This document shows, piece by piece, positions 29,846-40,706 of a stretch of 64,000 nucleotides of DNA. Numbering within the stretch: position 1 is the first letter of the stretch; every line of letters starts with the position of its first letter. The notes beneath the pieces are model-generated. The model was not told the DNA's origin. It was given only the letters and a program-made list of their open reading frames with translations, and did no database searches. The stretch comes from Candidatus Thiopontia autotrophica (GTDB lineage Bacteria > Pseudomonadota > Gammaproteobacteria > GCF-002020875), in assembly GCA_014384675.1 (NCBI GenBank), contig JACNFK010000027.1:966-64965 (forward strand), given 5' to 3'. Made by a program: the position numbers and the translations under genes.

Positions 29846-29889
29846 TACTCTTCTCCTGTCATAATCAGCGTTTTAAAATACATAACCAC

Positions 29890-30669
29890 TCACTCCCTAT
29901 TTTTATACTTACGTGCACTCCATTCAGAGAGTTGCACATATCCCAAAACAGCAATAATCGGAAACAGACTGGCAAACGCAATCAGACCGAACCCATCCAT
30001 CAACTCACTTCTCCCCGGCACGGAACTTGCGAGCCCCAACCCCAACGCAGCCACCAGCGGCACTGTTACCGTTGATGTTGTAACCCCCCCAGAATCATAA
30101 GCCAGTGCGGTAATAAATTTGGGAGCAAAATATGTCTGTATCATCACAATGACATAACCAGAAATAATAAAATAGTAGAGCGGTATACCAACCACAATTC
30201 GCCACGCTCCCAGGGAAATCCCAACTGCAACACCAATGGCAACCGCAACTCTTAAACCGTTCGCCTCAACCGTGCCACCGGACACGTCCTCTGCCTTCAG
30301 GGCTACAGCCAACAAGGATGGCTCTGCAATTGTTGTTGAAAAACCAATGGTTGCAGCAAAAAGATAGACCCAACCGTAGTCACTCCACAAAAGCTCAGCT
30401 ACGGCATCACCTGACTCTCCACTGATAAATAGTGGGTCAGAGAGCTGTATTGCCATCTGTTCACCTAGTGGAAAAATCGCCTGATCCAGCCCCATCAAAA
30501 ACAGTGAGAGGCCCAGCAAAACATAAAAGAAACCAACCAACACCTGGCGCAAGTTGGATATTGGTCTGCGAATAACCAAAAACTGAAAACCAAATATGAT
30601 GACGACAATAGGAAACATGTCCCATGCTGTTGAGAGTAGTGAGTCGGAAAAAGATGCCAGAAAATCCAC
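29890..30669 (-). CDS. DUF1538 family integral membrane protein (paralogue 2)
   Basis: 259 aa polytopic protein. It shares YDSGGVTTSTVTVPLVAALGLGLAS...DGFGLIAFASL with the upstream paralogue. Confidence 0.8.
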   Translation of the reverse strand: MDFLASFSDSLLSTAWDMFPIVVIIFGFQFLVIRRPISNLRQVLVGFFYVLLGLSLFLMGLDQAIFPLGEQMAIQLSDPLFISGESGDAVAELLWSDYGWVYLFAATIGFSTTIAEPSLLAVALKAEDVSGGTVEANGLRVAVAIGVAVGISLGAWRIVVGIPLYYFIISGYVIVMIQTYFAPKFITALAYDSGGVTTSTVTVPLVAALGLGLASSVPGRSELMDGFGLIAFASLFPIIAVLGYVQLSEWSARKYKNRE

Positions 30670-30670
30670 T

Positions 30671-31405
30671 CTAAATCACCATCCCGTATCCCATAACAAA
30701 GATCATGGGGGTAAGAGAGGCAAAGGCGATCAGTCCAAACCCGTCAGTCAGTGGATTTCTTCCACGGATACTACTGGCCAACCCCACACCCAATGCCGTC
30801 ACCAGTGGCACTGTTACCGTTGAAGTAGTCACACCGCCTGCATCATAGGCAAGACCAATAATCTCATCTGGGGCAAATAGCGTCATGATCACAACCCCAA
30901 CGTATCCTCCAATAATAAGATACTGTATTGGCCACCCTTTAAGAATCCTGATCACCCCCAACAGAATTGCCAGCCCTACTGAAAAAGCAACCGTATAACG
31001 CAACCCCAGCGCATACTCCATCTTCTCTTGGGAACTATTACCAATCATCCCCCCTACTGCAGCCACCTCTGACGCTTTCTCTGCCACAAGAATCAGTGCT
31101 GGCTCAGCAATCGTCGTCCCGAACCCAAGCAGAAAAGAGAATGCCATCAACCATGGAAGACTGCCTTTTCTGGCCAATGCCTCCGCCATACCTTCTCCCA
31201 CAGGAAACAGCCCCATCTCAAGACCATAGATAAAGAAGGTTAACCCCAGCACCACCAGAAAAAGTCCTGCTACAATAGCTGATATATTCTCTATCGGTTG
31301 CTGCAGAATGGCCATCTGAAAAAATCCGATCACCAGTATGATCGGTGCCAGATCACGCAAACTTCCAAATAGCGTATGCAGAAAGCCACGAAATGATTCA
31401 TTCAT
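30671..31405 (-). CDS. DUF1538 family integral membrane protein (paralogue 1)
   Basis: 244 aa polytopic protein with YDAGGVTTSTVTVPLVTALGVGLAS...DGFGLIAFASL. One nt separates it from paralogue 2. Confidence 0.8.
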   Translation of the reverse strand: MNESFRGFLHTLFGSLRDLAPIILVIGFFQMAILQQPIENISAIVAGLFLVVLGLTFFIYGLEMGLFPVGEGMAEALARKGSLPWLMAFSFLLGFGTTIAEPALILVAEKASEVAAVGGMIGNSSQEKMEYALGLRYTVAFSVGLAILLGVIRILKGWPIQYLIIGGYVGVVIMTLFAPDEIIGLAYDAGGVTTSTVTVPLVTALGVGLASSIRGRNPLTDGFGLIAFASLTPMIFVMGYGMVI

Positions 31406-31508
31406 GACTGAGGACTATACCACTAGAGGCAACGCCCGTACCCATGGATGCAGATCCTTAATCGTGACTTGAAGATCTCTGGTCGCAACAGCTATTATTT
31501 TACTGACA

Positions 31509-31976
31509 ATGAATAGCACCCATAAACAAAACATCTTCCCTGCTGGTTGGCCAGGTGGATACACCCTGATTGAGACACTGATCTCTCTTTTCCTGCTTAC
31601 GACAGCACTACTTGGACTTGCTGCTCTTTACGCCATATCACTAAAGTCATCACATGGAGCAACCATGCACGATCTGGCCACCATGCAGGGGATGGGTATG
31701 GTGGAGAGAATCAGAGCCAACCCGTCTGCGGTTGATGCGGGCACCTATCTTGGTCTCTCAGGAGAGCCGTCAGGAACAGATTGCACAACAGCGCACTGTG
31801 ACCCTGAAAATATGGCCAGATTTGATTTCCGAGAATGGAACCGGCAAAACGCCAGCATGCTCCCATCTGGGACTGGCGATATTAGCAATCCTGCAGGCAA
31901 CATGTATCAAGTAACTATTACATGGGCAGATGGTGAGGCTACTCCATCCTACTCGCTCACTTTTTATCCTCGATAA
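31509..31976 (+). CDS. Type IV pilus minor pilin, PilV-like
   Basis: Prepilin-type N-terminal methylation motif GGYTLIETLISLFLL, followed by a MVERIRANP-type region; 155 aa. Confidence 0.7.
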   Translation: MNSTHKQNIFPAGWPGGYTLIETLISLFLLTTALLGLAALYAISLKSSHGATMHDLATMQGMGMVERIRANPSAVDAGTYLGLSGEPSGTDCTTAHCDPENMARFDFREWNRQNASMLPSGTGDISNPAGNMYQVTITWADGEATPSYSLTFYPR

Positions 31977-32647
31977 TGTCAACTTCTACTGATAGTAGTG
32001 GTTTTACTCTTGTTGAACTACTGGTCTCAATTACCCTGGGAATTACTATACTACTCACAACAACCCAGCTATTTGTTGATAGCAGAGAGAGCTTTCAATA
32101 TGAACAGCAGTGGCTTGATCTACATGAGAGAGGCCGTCATCTTGTCCAGTTCCTATCTGCAGAGATCAAAAAAATTGGGTACCCTGCCGACAGTTTCTCT
32201 GGAACGGCTCTATCAGCCACTGATGACAGTGGTGAAAAGAGCAGTGACTCTCTAACCATTAGCTACCAAGGGGCAAAAGATTGTGCCGGATCATCCTCTA
32301 CTACTGTTTTATACTATCTGGATAACAGTAATTTTATGTGCAATGGGAATGGCTCCTCATCACCATCCCCACAGACACTAACCAGTTATATTGATGGGTT
32401 ACAGTTTCGTTTTGGTATCGACCTTGATGAAGATGGCTCAATTGATCGCTATCTGGATGCCAACGATATCTCTGATTGGGACAAGGTGGATACTATTCAG
32501 GTTGCGATACTGCTAAAGAGCCAACTTGCTGTACGACAAGCCAGTGACACGAGCAGTTATGACCTTCTTGGAATTACCCATGGCCCTTTTAATGATAAAT
32601 ATCTGCGCACTATCTATCAAACAACAACTCAGCTGAGAAACCGTTAA
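31976..32647 (+). CDS. Type IV pilus minor pilin, PilW-like
   Basis: N-terminal SGFTLVELLVSITLG prepilin motif. Its start overlaps the upstream stop as TAATG; 223 aa. Confidence 0.65.
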   Translation: MSTSTDSSGFTLVELLVSITLGITILLTTTQLFVDSRESFQYEQQWLDLHERGRHLVQFLSAEIKKIGYPADSFSGTALSATDDSGEKSSDSLTISYQGAKDCAGSSSTTVLYYLDNSNFMCNGNGSSSPSPQTLTSYIDGLQFRFGIDLDEDGSIDRYLDANDISDWDKVDTIQVAILLKSQLAVRQASDTSSYDLLGITHGPFNDKYLRTIYQTTTQLRNR

Positions 32648-32685
32648 GGAGGCTGAAAAAACCCAATCTTCGTCATTCCCACAAT

Positions 32686-32713
32686 AAAAAAGCCCGCAGT
32701 TGCGGGCTTTTTT
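32686..32713. terminator. Bidirectional intrinsic terminator between pilW-like gene (+) and fba (-)
   Basis: AAAAAAGCCCGC-AGTT-GCGGGCTTTTTT: a perfect 6-bp GC stem with a 4-nt loop, flanked by A6 and T6. Confidence 0.9.
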
Positions 32714-32732
32714 AATAACAGCAGAAAACTGA

Positions 32733-33794
32733 TCAGTTGATCTTTGGATCAAGCTCGCCAGATCCATAACGACCAAACATAACCTCAAGCGAAGTTGGCT
32801 TGATCTTGTCTGCCATACCCTCACAACCAAACTCCTGGTAACGATTCTTGCAGATCTCTTTCATTCCATTGGTTGCCTCTTTGAGGAACTTGCGTGGATC
32901 AAAGTTGGATGCATTCTCCTGAAGATGGCGGCGCACAGAACCGGTAGATGCCATACGCAGATCAGTATCAATATTTACCTTGCGCACACCATTCTTGATT
33001 CCCTCCACAATCTCAGAAACCGGAACACCATAGGTCTGGCCCATATCTCCACCGAAGTCATTGATAATCTTCAACCACTCCTGAGGTACTGAAGATGAAC
33101 CGTGCATAACCAGATGAGTATCTGGAATTCGTGCATTGATCTCCTTGATTCGATCAATTCGCAACACCTCACCGGTTGGCTCCTGGGTAAACTTGTAGGC
33201 ACCATGAGAGGTACCGATAGCGATTGCCAGAGCATCAACCCCGGTCTCTTTTACAAAAGTTGCAGCCTCTTCAGGATCAGTCAGCAACATATCCAGATCA
33301 AGCTTGCCCTCTGCACCGTGGCCATCTTCCTCACCCATCTCACCAGTCTCCAGTGATCCGAGACAACCCAACTCACCCTCAACAGATACACCGCCAGCAT
33401 GAGCCATATCTACAACTGTCTTTGTAACATCAACGTTGTACTCGAACGTTGATGGGGTCTTGCAGTCTGCCATCAGTGAGCCATCCATCATGACCGAGGT
33501 AAAACCGGACTGAATGGAACGCAGGCAGATTGCTGGTTCAGAGCCATGGTCCTGATGCATAACAACAGGAATATGCGGATACATCTCAACCGCAGCAGAG
33601 ATCAGATGACGCAGGAATGGCTCACCTGCATAAGAACGCGCACCAGCAGAACCCTGCATGATTACGGGACTATTAGTCTCATCTGCAGCCTGCATAATTG
33701 CATGCACCTGCTCCATATTATTAACGTTGAATGCAGGCATTCCATAGCCATTTTCAGCCGCATGATCCAGCAATTGACGCATTGAAATCAGCAT
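32733..33794 (-). CDS. fba: Fructose-bisphosphate aldolase, class II (long, Calvin-cycle/FbaA-type)
   Basis: 353 aa with [27 protein letters not shown] and [10 protein letters not shown] motifs. Confidence 0.93.
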   Translation of the reverse strand: MLISMRQLLDHAAENGYGMPAFNVNNMEQVHAIMQAADETNSPVIMQGSAGARSYAGEPFLRHLISAAVEMYPHIPVVMHQDHGSEPAICLRSIQSGFTSVMMDGSLMADCKTPSTFEYNVDVTKTVVDMAHAGGVSVEGELGCLGSLETGEMGEEDGHGAEGKLDLDMLLTDPEEAATFVKETGVDALAIAIGTSHGAYKFTQEPTGEVLRIDRIKEINARIPDTHLVMHGSSSVPQEWLKIINDFGGDMGQTYGVPVSEIVEGIKNGVRKVNIDTDLRMASTGSVRRHLQENASNFDPRKFLKEATNGMKEICKNRYQEFGCEGMADKIKPTSLEVMFGRYGSGELDPKIN

Positions 33795-33875
33795 CGATCT
33801 TCTCCTTAAATTAACTTAAAACAATCAAATATAACAATTAACAAAACAGTAACTATACAGATCAACGCTGCATAG

Positions 33876-35318
33876 TTACGAAATAACTCTTTCTCCAACA
33901 CGACAGATCTTCATCGTATTTGTCCCTCCACCTTCACCTACCAAATCCCCCTTGGTAAGAATTACAGTATCTTTTGTTCTTACAACCCCTCTGCGGGTCA
34001 GCTCATCAATCATCTCCTGATTCACCTCATCCTTGCTCTTGTTAGTCAAATCGAAACTCACAGGATAAACTCCTCTATAGAGGGTAACCTTGCGACGAGT
34101 CTGCAGATTGCGTGTCATTGCAAAGATAGGGATACCAGAGCTGATCCTCGACATCCAGAGTGCTGTGGCGCCGGACTCGGTCAGTGAGGCAATCGCCTTT
34201 ACACCAAGATGGTTGGCTGTATACATTGCAGCCATCGCAATAGCCTCATCTCGACGAGTAAAATGTTCATTCATTCTATGGCCGGAGACCTTGGCGACAC
34301 GCTGCTGTTCAGCTTCCAGACAGATCTCTGCCATCGCCTCAACCACCTTCTCAGGGTATTTTCCAACTGCAGTCTCTCCAGAGAGCATCACGGCATCAGT
34401 GCCATCCAGTACTGCATTGGCTACATCAAAGACCTCGGCACGAGTGGGAATTGGATTCTCAATCATGCTCTCCATCATCTGAGTAGCAGTAATTGCAATA
34501 CGATCCATGGAGCGGGCCAATTTAATCAACCGTTTCTGTACAGGAGGGAGAGATGCATCACCTATCTCCACACCCAGATCACCGCGGGCAATCATAATTC
34601 CATCAGATTCCGCAACAATATCATCAGCCACAGAGATTGCCTCTGCCCTCTCTATCTTGGAGATAATTCCACAGTTGCCCCAGTTTGCCTCTTCCAGCAG
34701 TTTTCTGGCCTCACGAACATCCTCTGCACTACGAACAAAAGAGACAGCTATATAGTCAGCCTGCATCTTTGCAGCAATCTTGAGGTCGTTTTTATCTTTC
34801 TCAGTCAATGCGCAGGCAGAGAGCCCTCCACCCTGCAGGTTAATACCTTTATTATCAGAGAGTTTTCCGCCTGTTGTCACCCTGCAGCAGATCTTTCTCT
34901 CATCAATCTCGGAGACCCAGAGAACAATTCGTCCATCATCAAGCAACAGGGAATCACCTCTGGATACATCTTTATGGAGGCTCTTGTAGGTTGATCCTAC
35001 AGCTTGTTGATGTCCAGAATCAATATCCAGATCCATATCAACACAGAACCGATCTCCCTCAACAAGTTCAATCTTGCCATTCTCAAAGCGTCCTATACGA
35101 ATCTTTGGCCCTTGCAGATCGGCAATTACACCAACCTGTCTACCATGAGCACGTGCACGATTACGAACAGCCTCGGCACGCTTCAGGTGATCCTCCTCTG
35201 TACCATGAGAGAAGTTCAGCCGTACTACATCAATGCCAGCCTCAATAAGCCTGTCCAGCGATTCTGGTGAATCCGTTGCCGGACCAAGAGTTGCAATGAT
35301 TTTTGTACGTCTTAGCAT
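33876..35318 (-). CDS. pyk: Pyruvate kinase
   Basis: 480 aa with RRTKIIATLGPA, NFSHG, MIARGDLGVE and MLSGETA motifs. Confidence 0.95.
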   Translation of the reverse strand: MLRRTKIIATLGPATDSPESLDRLIEAGIDVVRLNFSHGTEEDHLKRAEAVRNRARAHGRQVGVIADLQGPKIRIGRFENGKIELVEGDRFCVDMDLDIDSGHQQAVGSTYKSLHKDVSRGDSLLLDDGRIVLWVSEIDERKICCRVTTGGKLSDNKGINLQGGGLSACALTEKDKNDLKIAAKMQADYIAVSFVRSAEDVREARKLLEEANWGNCGIISKIERAEAISVADDIVAESDGIMIARGDLGVEIGDASLPPVQKRLIKLARSMDRIAITATQMMESMIENPIPTRAEVFDVANAVLDGTDAVMLSGETAVGKYPEKVVEAMAEICLEAEQQRVAKVSGHRMNEHFTRRDEAIAMAAMYTANHLGVKAIASLTESGATALWMSRISSGIPIFAMTRNLQTRRKVTLYRGVYPVSFDLTNKSKDEVNQEMIDELTRRGVVRTKDTVILTKGDLVGEGGGTNTMKICRVGERVIS

Positions 35319-35354
35319 ACTGTTCCCACCATAAGGATAAATGAAGCTCCCATT

Positions 35355-36536
35355 CTATCCTTTTGCGCGCTCTTCGAGAATAGCTACTGCAGGTAACTTT
35401 TTACCTTCAAGAAACTCAAGGAATGCACCGCCACCAGTGGAAATATAGGAGACCTTGTCGGAAATACCATATTTGTCCACTGCTGCCAGGGTATCACCAC
35501 CACCAGCAATGGAGAATGCATCAGAGTTGGCAATAGCCATTCCAAGTGACTTGGTGCCCTCACCAAACTGGTCAAACTCAAAAACTCCAACCGGGCCATT
35601 CCAGACAACTGTACCAGCAACCTTCATCATCTCTGCAAAACGGGCTGAAGTTTCTGGGCCGATATCAAAAATCATATCATCATCTTCAACATCCTCAACC
35701 TTCTTGACTATTGCCTCGGCAGACTCGGAGAATTCCTTGCCAACCACTACATCAGTTGGCACAGGAATCTCGCCGCCCTTGGCCTTTGCTGCATCCATCA
35801 GGCGCTGAGCTTCAGGAATCAGATTCTCTTCAAACAAGGATTTACCAACATTATGCCCTGCAGCTGCAATAAATGTATTGGCAATACCCCCGCCAGGAAT
35901 AAGCTGATCAACCACACCAGAAAGTGACTCCAAAACAGTCAGCTTGGTAGAGACCTTGGAGCCACCAACAATGGCGGCCATTGGGCGCGCTGGATTATCC
36001 AGAGCCTTACCCAGTGCATCCAGCTCACCAGCCAATAGAGGTCCGGCACAGGCAGCAGGTGCGGCACTAGCAACACCATGAGTAGAGGCCTGTGCACGAT
36101 GTGCAGTACCAAATGCGTCCATTACATAAAGATCACAGAGAGATGCATATTTTGCAGATAGCGCCTCATCATTTTTCTTCTCACCCACATTAAAGCGAAC
36201 ATTCTCCAACAGCACCACATCCCCATCATTCATGGATGGTGCGCCGTCCAGATAATCGGTAACCAGTGCAACCTCTCTGCCCAAAGCATCTGCCAGGTAA
36301 TCGGCAACTGGCTTCAGAGAAAACTCTGCAGCAGGCTCACCCTCTGTTGGACGTCCCAGATGAGACATCAGCATCACCTGTGCACCTGCCTTGATACAGT
36401 GCTCGATAGTGGGCATGGATGCACGAATGCGCTTATCACTGCTCACCTTGCCATCCTTGATCGGCACATTGAGATCCTGACGAATCAATACACGTTTACC
36501 CGCAAGCTCCAGTTCGGTCATCTTGATTACAGACAT
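35355..36536 (-). CDS. pgk: Phosphoglycerate kinase
   Basis: 393 aa with RQDLNVP, SHLGRP and [14 protein letters not shown] motifs. Confidence 0.95.
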   Translation of the reverse strand: MSVIKMTELELAGKRVLIRQDLNVPIKDGKVSSDKRIRASMPTIEHCIKAGAQVMLMSHLGRPTEGEPAAEFSLKPVADYLADALGREVALVTDYLDGAPSMNDGDVVLLENVRFNVGEKKNDEALSAKYASLCDLYVMDAFGTAHRAQASTHGVASAAPAACAGPLLAGELDALGKALDNPARPMAAIVGGSKVSTKLTVLESLSGVVDQLIPGGGIANTFIAAAGHNVGKSLFEENLIPEAQRLMDAAKAKGGEIPVPTDVVVGKEFSESAEAIVKKVEDVEDDDMIFDIGPETSARFAEMMKVAGTVVWNGPVGVFEFDQFGEGTKSLGMAIANSDAFSIAGGGDTLAAVDKYGISDKVSYISTGGGAFLEFLEGKKLPAVAILEERAKG

Positions 36537-36610
36537 TCTATTACTCCTGAATATTTAAAAGTTTTTTGCAAAATTTCATTTTGCGAAAAACTCTATTGGT
36601 TTAAGTGGTC

Positions 36611-36645
36611 CCAAAACAAATCAGCCCCCAATATTGGGGGCTGAT
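36611..36645 (-). terminator. Hairpin with U-rich tail between gap and pgk (terminator/attenuator)
   Basis: On the minus strand: ATCAGCCCCCA-ATAT-TGGGGGCTGAT, an 11-bp perfect stem, followed by TTGTTTTGG. It starts 17 nt after the gap stop and ends 75 nt before the pgk start. Confidence 0.7.
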
Positions 36646-36661
36646 CTATCACATATTCAAC

Positions 36662-37681
<1,020 letters not shown>

Positions 37682-37688
37682 TTAAAAA

Positions 37689-39677
37689 TTAACCTAAAAC
37701 TTTCTTTGCAGTAGCAACCACGTTGTCTACCGTAAATCCAAACTGTTCAAACAGCTGACCAGCTGGTGCAGATTCACCAAATGAGTCCATACAGACCACA
37801 GCCCCCTCAAGACCAACATACTTGTGCCAACCATTGTCCACACCAGCCTCGATAGCTACACGCTTCACACCAGGGGTAAGGACAGAATCCTTATAAGCCT
37901 GATCCTGTACATCAAATGCATCTGTTGATGGCATGGATACAACACGCACATTAACGTCACCCATTGCTGCAGCAGAATCAACTGCCAGACCAACCTCAGA
38001 ACCGGTTGCAATCATGATCAGATCTGCATCACCAGCACAGTCCTTAATTACGTAACCACCCTTCTCAATATTTTTGAGCTGCTCAGCACTGCGCTCCATT
38101 GGAGTCAGGTTCTGACGCGAGAAGACCAGTGCAGTCGGAGCATCACCACGGAGCATTGCCATCTTCCAGGAGACTGCAGACTCGATTGCATCACATGCTC
38201 TCCAGGTCTGGAAGTTAGGTATTGCACGCATTGTTGCCAACTGCTCAACAGGCTGATGGGTAGGACCGTCCTCACCCAGACCGATAGAGTCATGGGTATA
38301 CACATAGATGGTACCGATCTTCATCAATGCAGACATACGCAGTGCGTTGCGCATGAACTCCATGAACATGAAGAAGGTGGCACCGTAAACCTTGAAGCCA
38401 CCATGCAGAACCATGCCGTTCATCATGTGCGCCATACCAAACTCACGTACGCCCCAAGAGATATAGTTGCCTTTCGCATTGTCTGGAGTGACTTTCACCG
38501 TACGAGACCAGTTAGTCAGGTTGGATCCGGTCAGGTCAGCAGAACCGCCAAACAACTCAGGAACGATTGGTCCCATCGCCTCGATGGCATTCTGGGACGC
38601 CTTGCGAGAGGCAATATTTGGCATATCCGCCTGAGTCTGGTTGATGAATTTATCCATCTCCACCTCAAAGTTGGCAGGTAGATCACCAGCCATTCGACGC
38701 TCAAACTCTGCTGCTTCGGTAGGATACTCTGCTTTATAGGCATCAAAACGAACCTGCCAGGCAGCCTCGTCGGCCTTGCCCTGCTCCTTATGGTCCCAAC
38801 CAGCGTAAACCTCTTCTGGAATCTCAAATGGGCCATGCTCCCAGCCCAACTCCTTGCGGGTTGCTGCAATTTCATCATCACCCAGTGGGGCACCATGACA
38901 GTCATGTGTACCACACAGATTTGGCGAACCAAACCCAATCGTTGTACGTGCACAAATCAGGGAAGGCTTGGATGTCTCACCCTTTGCTGCCTCAATTGCG
39001 GCGCTGATTGCCTCTGCATCGTGACCATCTACATCACGAATTACATGCCAGCCATATGACTCAAAACGTCCGCCAACATCCTTCTCCATCCAGTCGGAGA
39101 TATGGCCATCAATGGATATATCGTTGTCATCCCAACCCGCGATCAGCTTGCCCAGACCGAGCGTCCCCGCCATTGCACAGGCCTCGTGGGAGAGCCCTTC
39201 CATCAAACAGCCATCACCCATAAATACATAGGTGTTGTGGTCTACAATCTTGCGGTCTGGCTTGTTGAATTCTGCTGCCAGCGTACGCTCCGCAATTGCC
39301 ATGCCAACCGCATTGGTAATTCCTTGTCCGAGGGGACCAGTTGTAGTCTCAATACCGTCCGCATAACCATATTCAGGATGGCCTGCTGTTTTGGCATGAA
39401 GCTGACGGAAATTCTTGATGTCCTGCATACTTAGATCAAACCCGGACAGATGAAGCAGAGAGTAGATCAACATTGAGCCATGACCATTGGACAAAACAAA
39501 ACGGTCGCGATCCGCCCACTTGGCATTGGTTGGGTTGAACTTCATATGTCCATTCCACAAAACCTCAGCGATATCAGCCATACCCATTGGGGCACCTGGA
39601 TGTCCGGAATTGGCCTTCTGTACTGCATCCATGCTCAATGCACGAATTGCATTGGCCAGTTCTCTTCTTGATGACAT
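37689..39677 (-). CDS. tkt: Transketolase
   Basis: [19 protein letters not shown] and GEDGPTHQP motifs. ATG at 39677 ([19 protein letters not shown]) is preferred over the ORF-track start at 39701. Confidence 0.95.
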   Translation of the reverse strand: MSSRRELANAIRALSMDAVQKANSGHPGAPMGMADIAEVLWNGHMKFNPTNAKWADRDRFVLSNGHGSMLIYSLLHLSGFDLSMQDIKNFRQLHAKTAGHPEYGYADGIETTTGPLGQGITNAVGMAIAERTLAAEFNKPDRKIVDHNTYVFMGDGCLMEGLSHEACAMAGTLGLGKLIAGWDDNDISIDGHISDWMEKDVGGRFESYGWHVIRDVDGHDAEAISAAIEAAKGETSKPSLICARTTIGFGSPNLCGTHDCHGAPLGDDEIAATRKELGWEHGPFEIPEEVYAGWDHKEQGKADEAAWQVRFDAYKAEYPTEAAEFERRMAGDLPANFEVEMDKFINQTQADMPNIASRKASQNAIEAMGPIVPELFGGSADLTGSNLTNWSRTVKVTPDNAKGNYISWGVREFGMAHMMNGMVLHGGFKVYGATFFMFMEFMRNALRMSALMKIGTIYVYTHDSIGLGEDGPTHQPVEQLATMRAIPNFQTWRACDAIESAVSWKMAMLRGDAPTALVFSRQNLTPMERSAEQLKNIEKGGYVIKDCAGDADLIMIATGSEVGLAVDSAAAMGDVNVRVVSMPSTDAFDVQDQAYKDSVLTPGVKRVAIEAGVDNGWHKYVGLEGAVVCMDSFGESAPAGQLFEQFGFTVDNVVATAKKVLG

Positions 39678-39930
39678 AACTAACTTCTCCCTTCTCTGCA
39701 AGAAATCAACACCTCTGGCAAACTCATTGAGTTATACCCGAAGCAGGGTTTACAAAAATCTTTATGCCGATCTATTCGGCACGAATGAACGGTGCATTTT
39801 CACTCAGTAGAGGCATCGGATCAACCAATGAGAATGATATGGGCATTCAGAATTTTGGATTACCCCATTATAGAAAGTAACCCCAAAAACAAATACAGAT
39901 CAAAAACAATATGTTACATAAATATTGCTC

Positions 39931-40488
39931 TTACTCATCTTTCCATTTGATGGAACAACCCATGCTTGGAATTTGCTCTTTTGGACCAGATCCACTCTCC
40001 GCAACCTCTCTCATCGCCTCAAAAAGGTCCCGACGCACCCCCTCCAGAGCAGTCTCTTTTCGACTCTCATCCAGTCGGCCACGATACTGAAGAGTTAAAT
40101 TCGCGTTATATCCGAAAAAATCCGGGGTACAAACCGCACCAAACGCCTTGGCCACCTCCTGACTCTCATCAAGCAGATACGGAAACGAAAAATCAAACTC
40201 CTCGGCAATTCTTTTCATGTTCTCAGGAGAGTCTTCCTCATACTGGGTTGGATCATTTGACATGATCGCAACACTATGTACCCCCATAGACTTCAGCTCT
40301 CTGGTGTCTCTTACCAGACGCTCACGAATGGCCTTAACATAGGGACAATGGTTACATATAAACATGACCAACAAACCGTTGTCACCCTTAAGACTCTCTG
40401 GCGTCCATAACGAACCATAGACATCAGGCAGCTCAAAATCTGGTAGCACTACACCAAACTCACAAACAGGCGTCTCCAGACTAACCAT
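39931..40488 (-). CDS. Thioredoxin-fold / AhpC-TSA-like protein (CNHCPYV motif)
   Basis: LVMFICNHCPYVKA motif and SNDPTQY...FPYLLDESQEVAKAFGA. ATG at 40488 is preceded by GGAG. The ORF-track start at 40566 is an extension. Confidence 0.75.
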   Translation of the reverse strand: MVSLETPVCEFGVVLPDFELPDVYGSLWTPESLKGDNGLLVMFICNHCPYVKAIRERLVRDTRELKSMGVHSVAIMSNDPTQYEEDSPENMKRIAEEFDFSFPYLLDESQEVAKAFGAVCTPDFFGYNANLTLQYRGRLDESRKETALEGVRRDLFEAMREVAESGSGPKEQIPSMGCSIKWKDE

Positions 40489-40584
40489 AACTACAATCTC
40501 CTTATTATGTTTTTTTGCCAATTCTACAAAATACCTGACAAAAAAACTTGACAGAAAAACTGCCAATCATGGAGAATCCTCCTC

Positions 40585-40688
40585 AGCGCTGATTTGAGCT
40601 CAGCTTGCGAGCGCTATAAAAATACGGCTAAAGCGATGCAGGTCAGAATTCAAAAGCCCGCACGCCAACTGGTTGAGCGGGTTTTTTT
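40585..40688 (+). promoter_or_regulatory. metK 5' leader: pseudoknot-capable hairpin followed by an intrinsic-terminator-like hairpin plus U7 (candidate SAM-responsive attenuator; class unresolved)
   Basis: AGCGCU (40585-40590) pairs with AGCGCU (40610-40615). The A-rich tail ...AAAAAUACGGCUAAAGCG can pair with loop GCUU. The terminator-like hairpin is CCCGC (40657-40661) / GCGGG (40677-40681) followed by T7 (40682-40688), 18 nt before the metK ATG. No plus-strand gene ends here. Confidence 0.4.
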
Positions 40689-40706
40689 ATGGAGAGATAG
40701 ACCGAC

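Noticed and set aside
34209-34994. 261-aa plus-strand ORF (with 130- and 124-aa neighbours) lying antisense inside pyruvate kinase.
   Set aside because: It lies entirely within a high-confidence minus-strand gene. The translation is Cys/Ser/Leu-rich and low-complexity, with no recognisable motif and no ribosome-binding-site context. This is a typical shadow ORF.
39678-39930. Looked for RNA genes or LysR/CbbR-type operator repeats in the 253-nt region upstream of tkt.
   Set aside because: No tRNA-like cloverleaf, no convincing T-N11-A dyads and no repeats could be identified by eye. It is left unannotated apart from presumably containing the tkt promoter.
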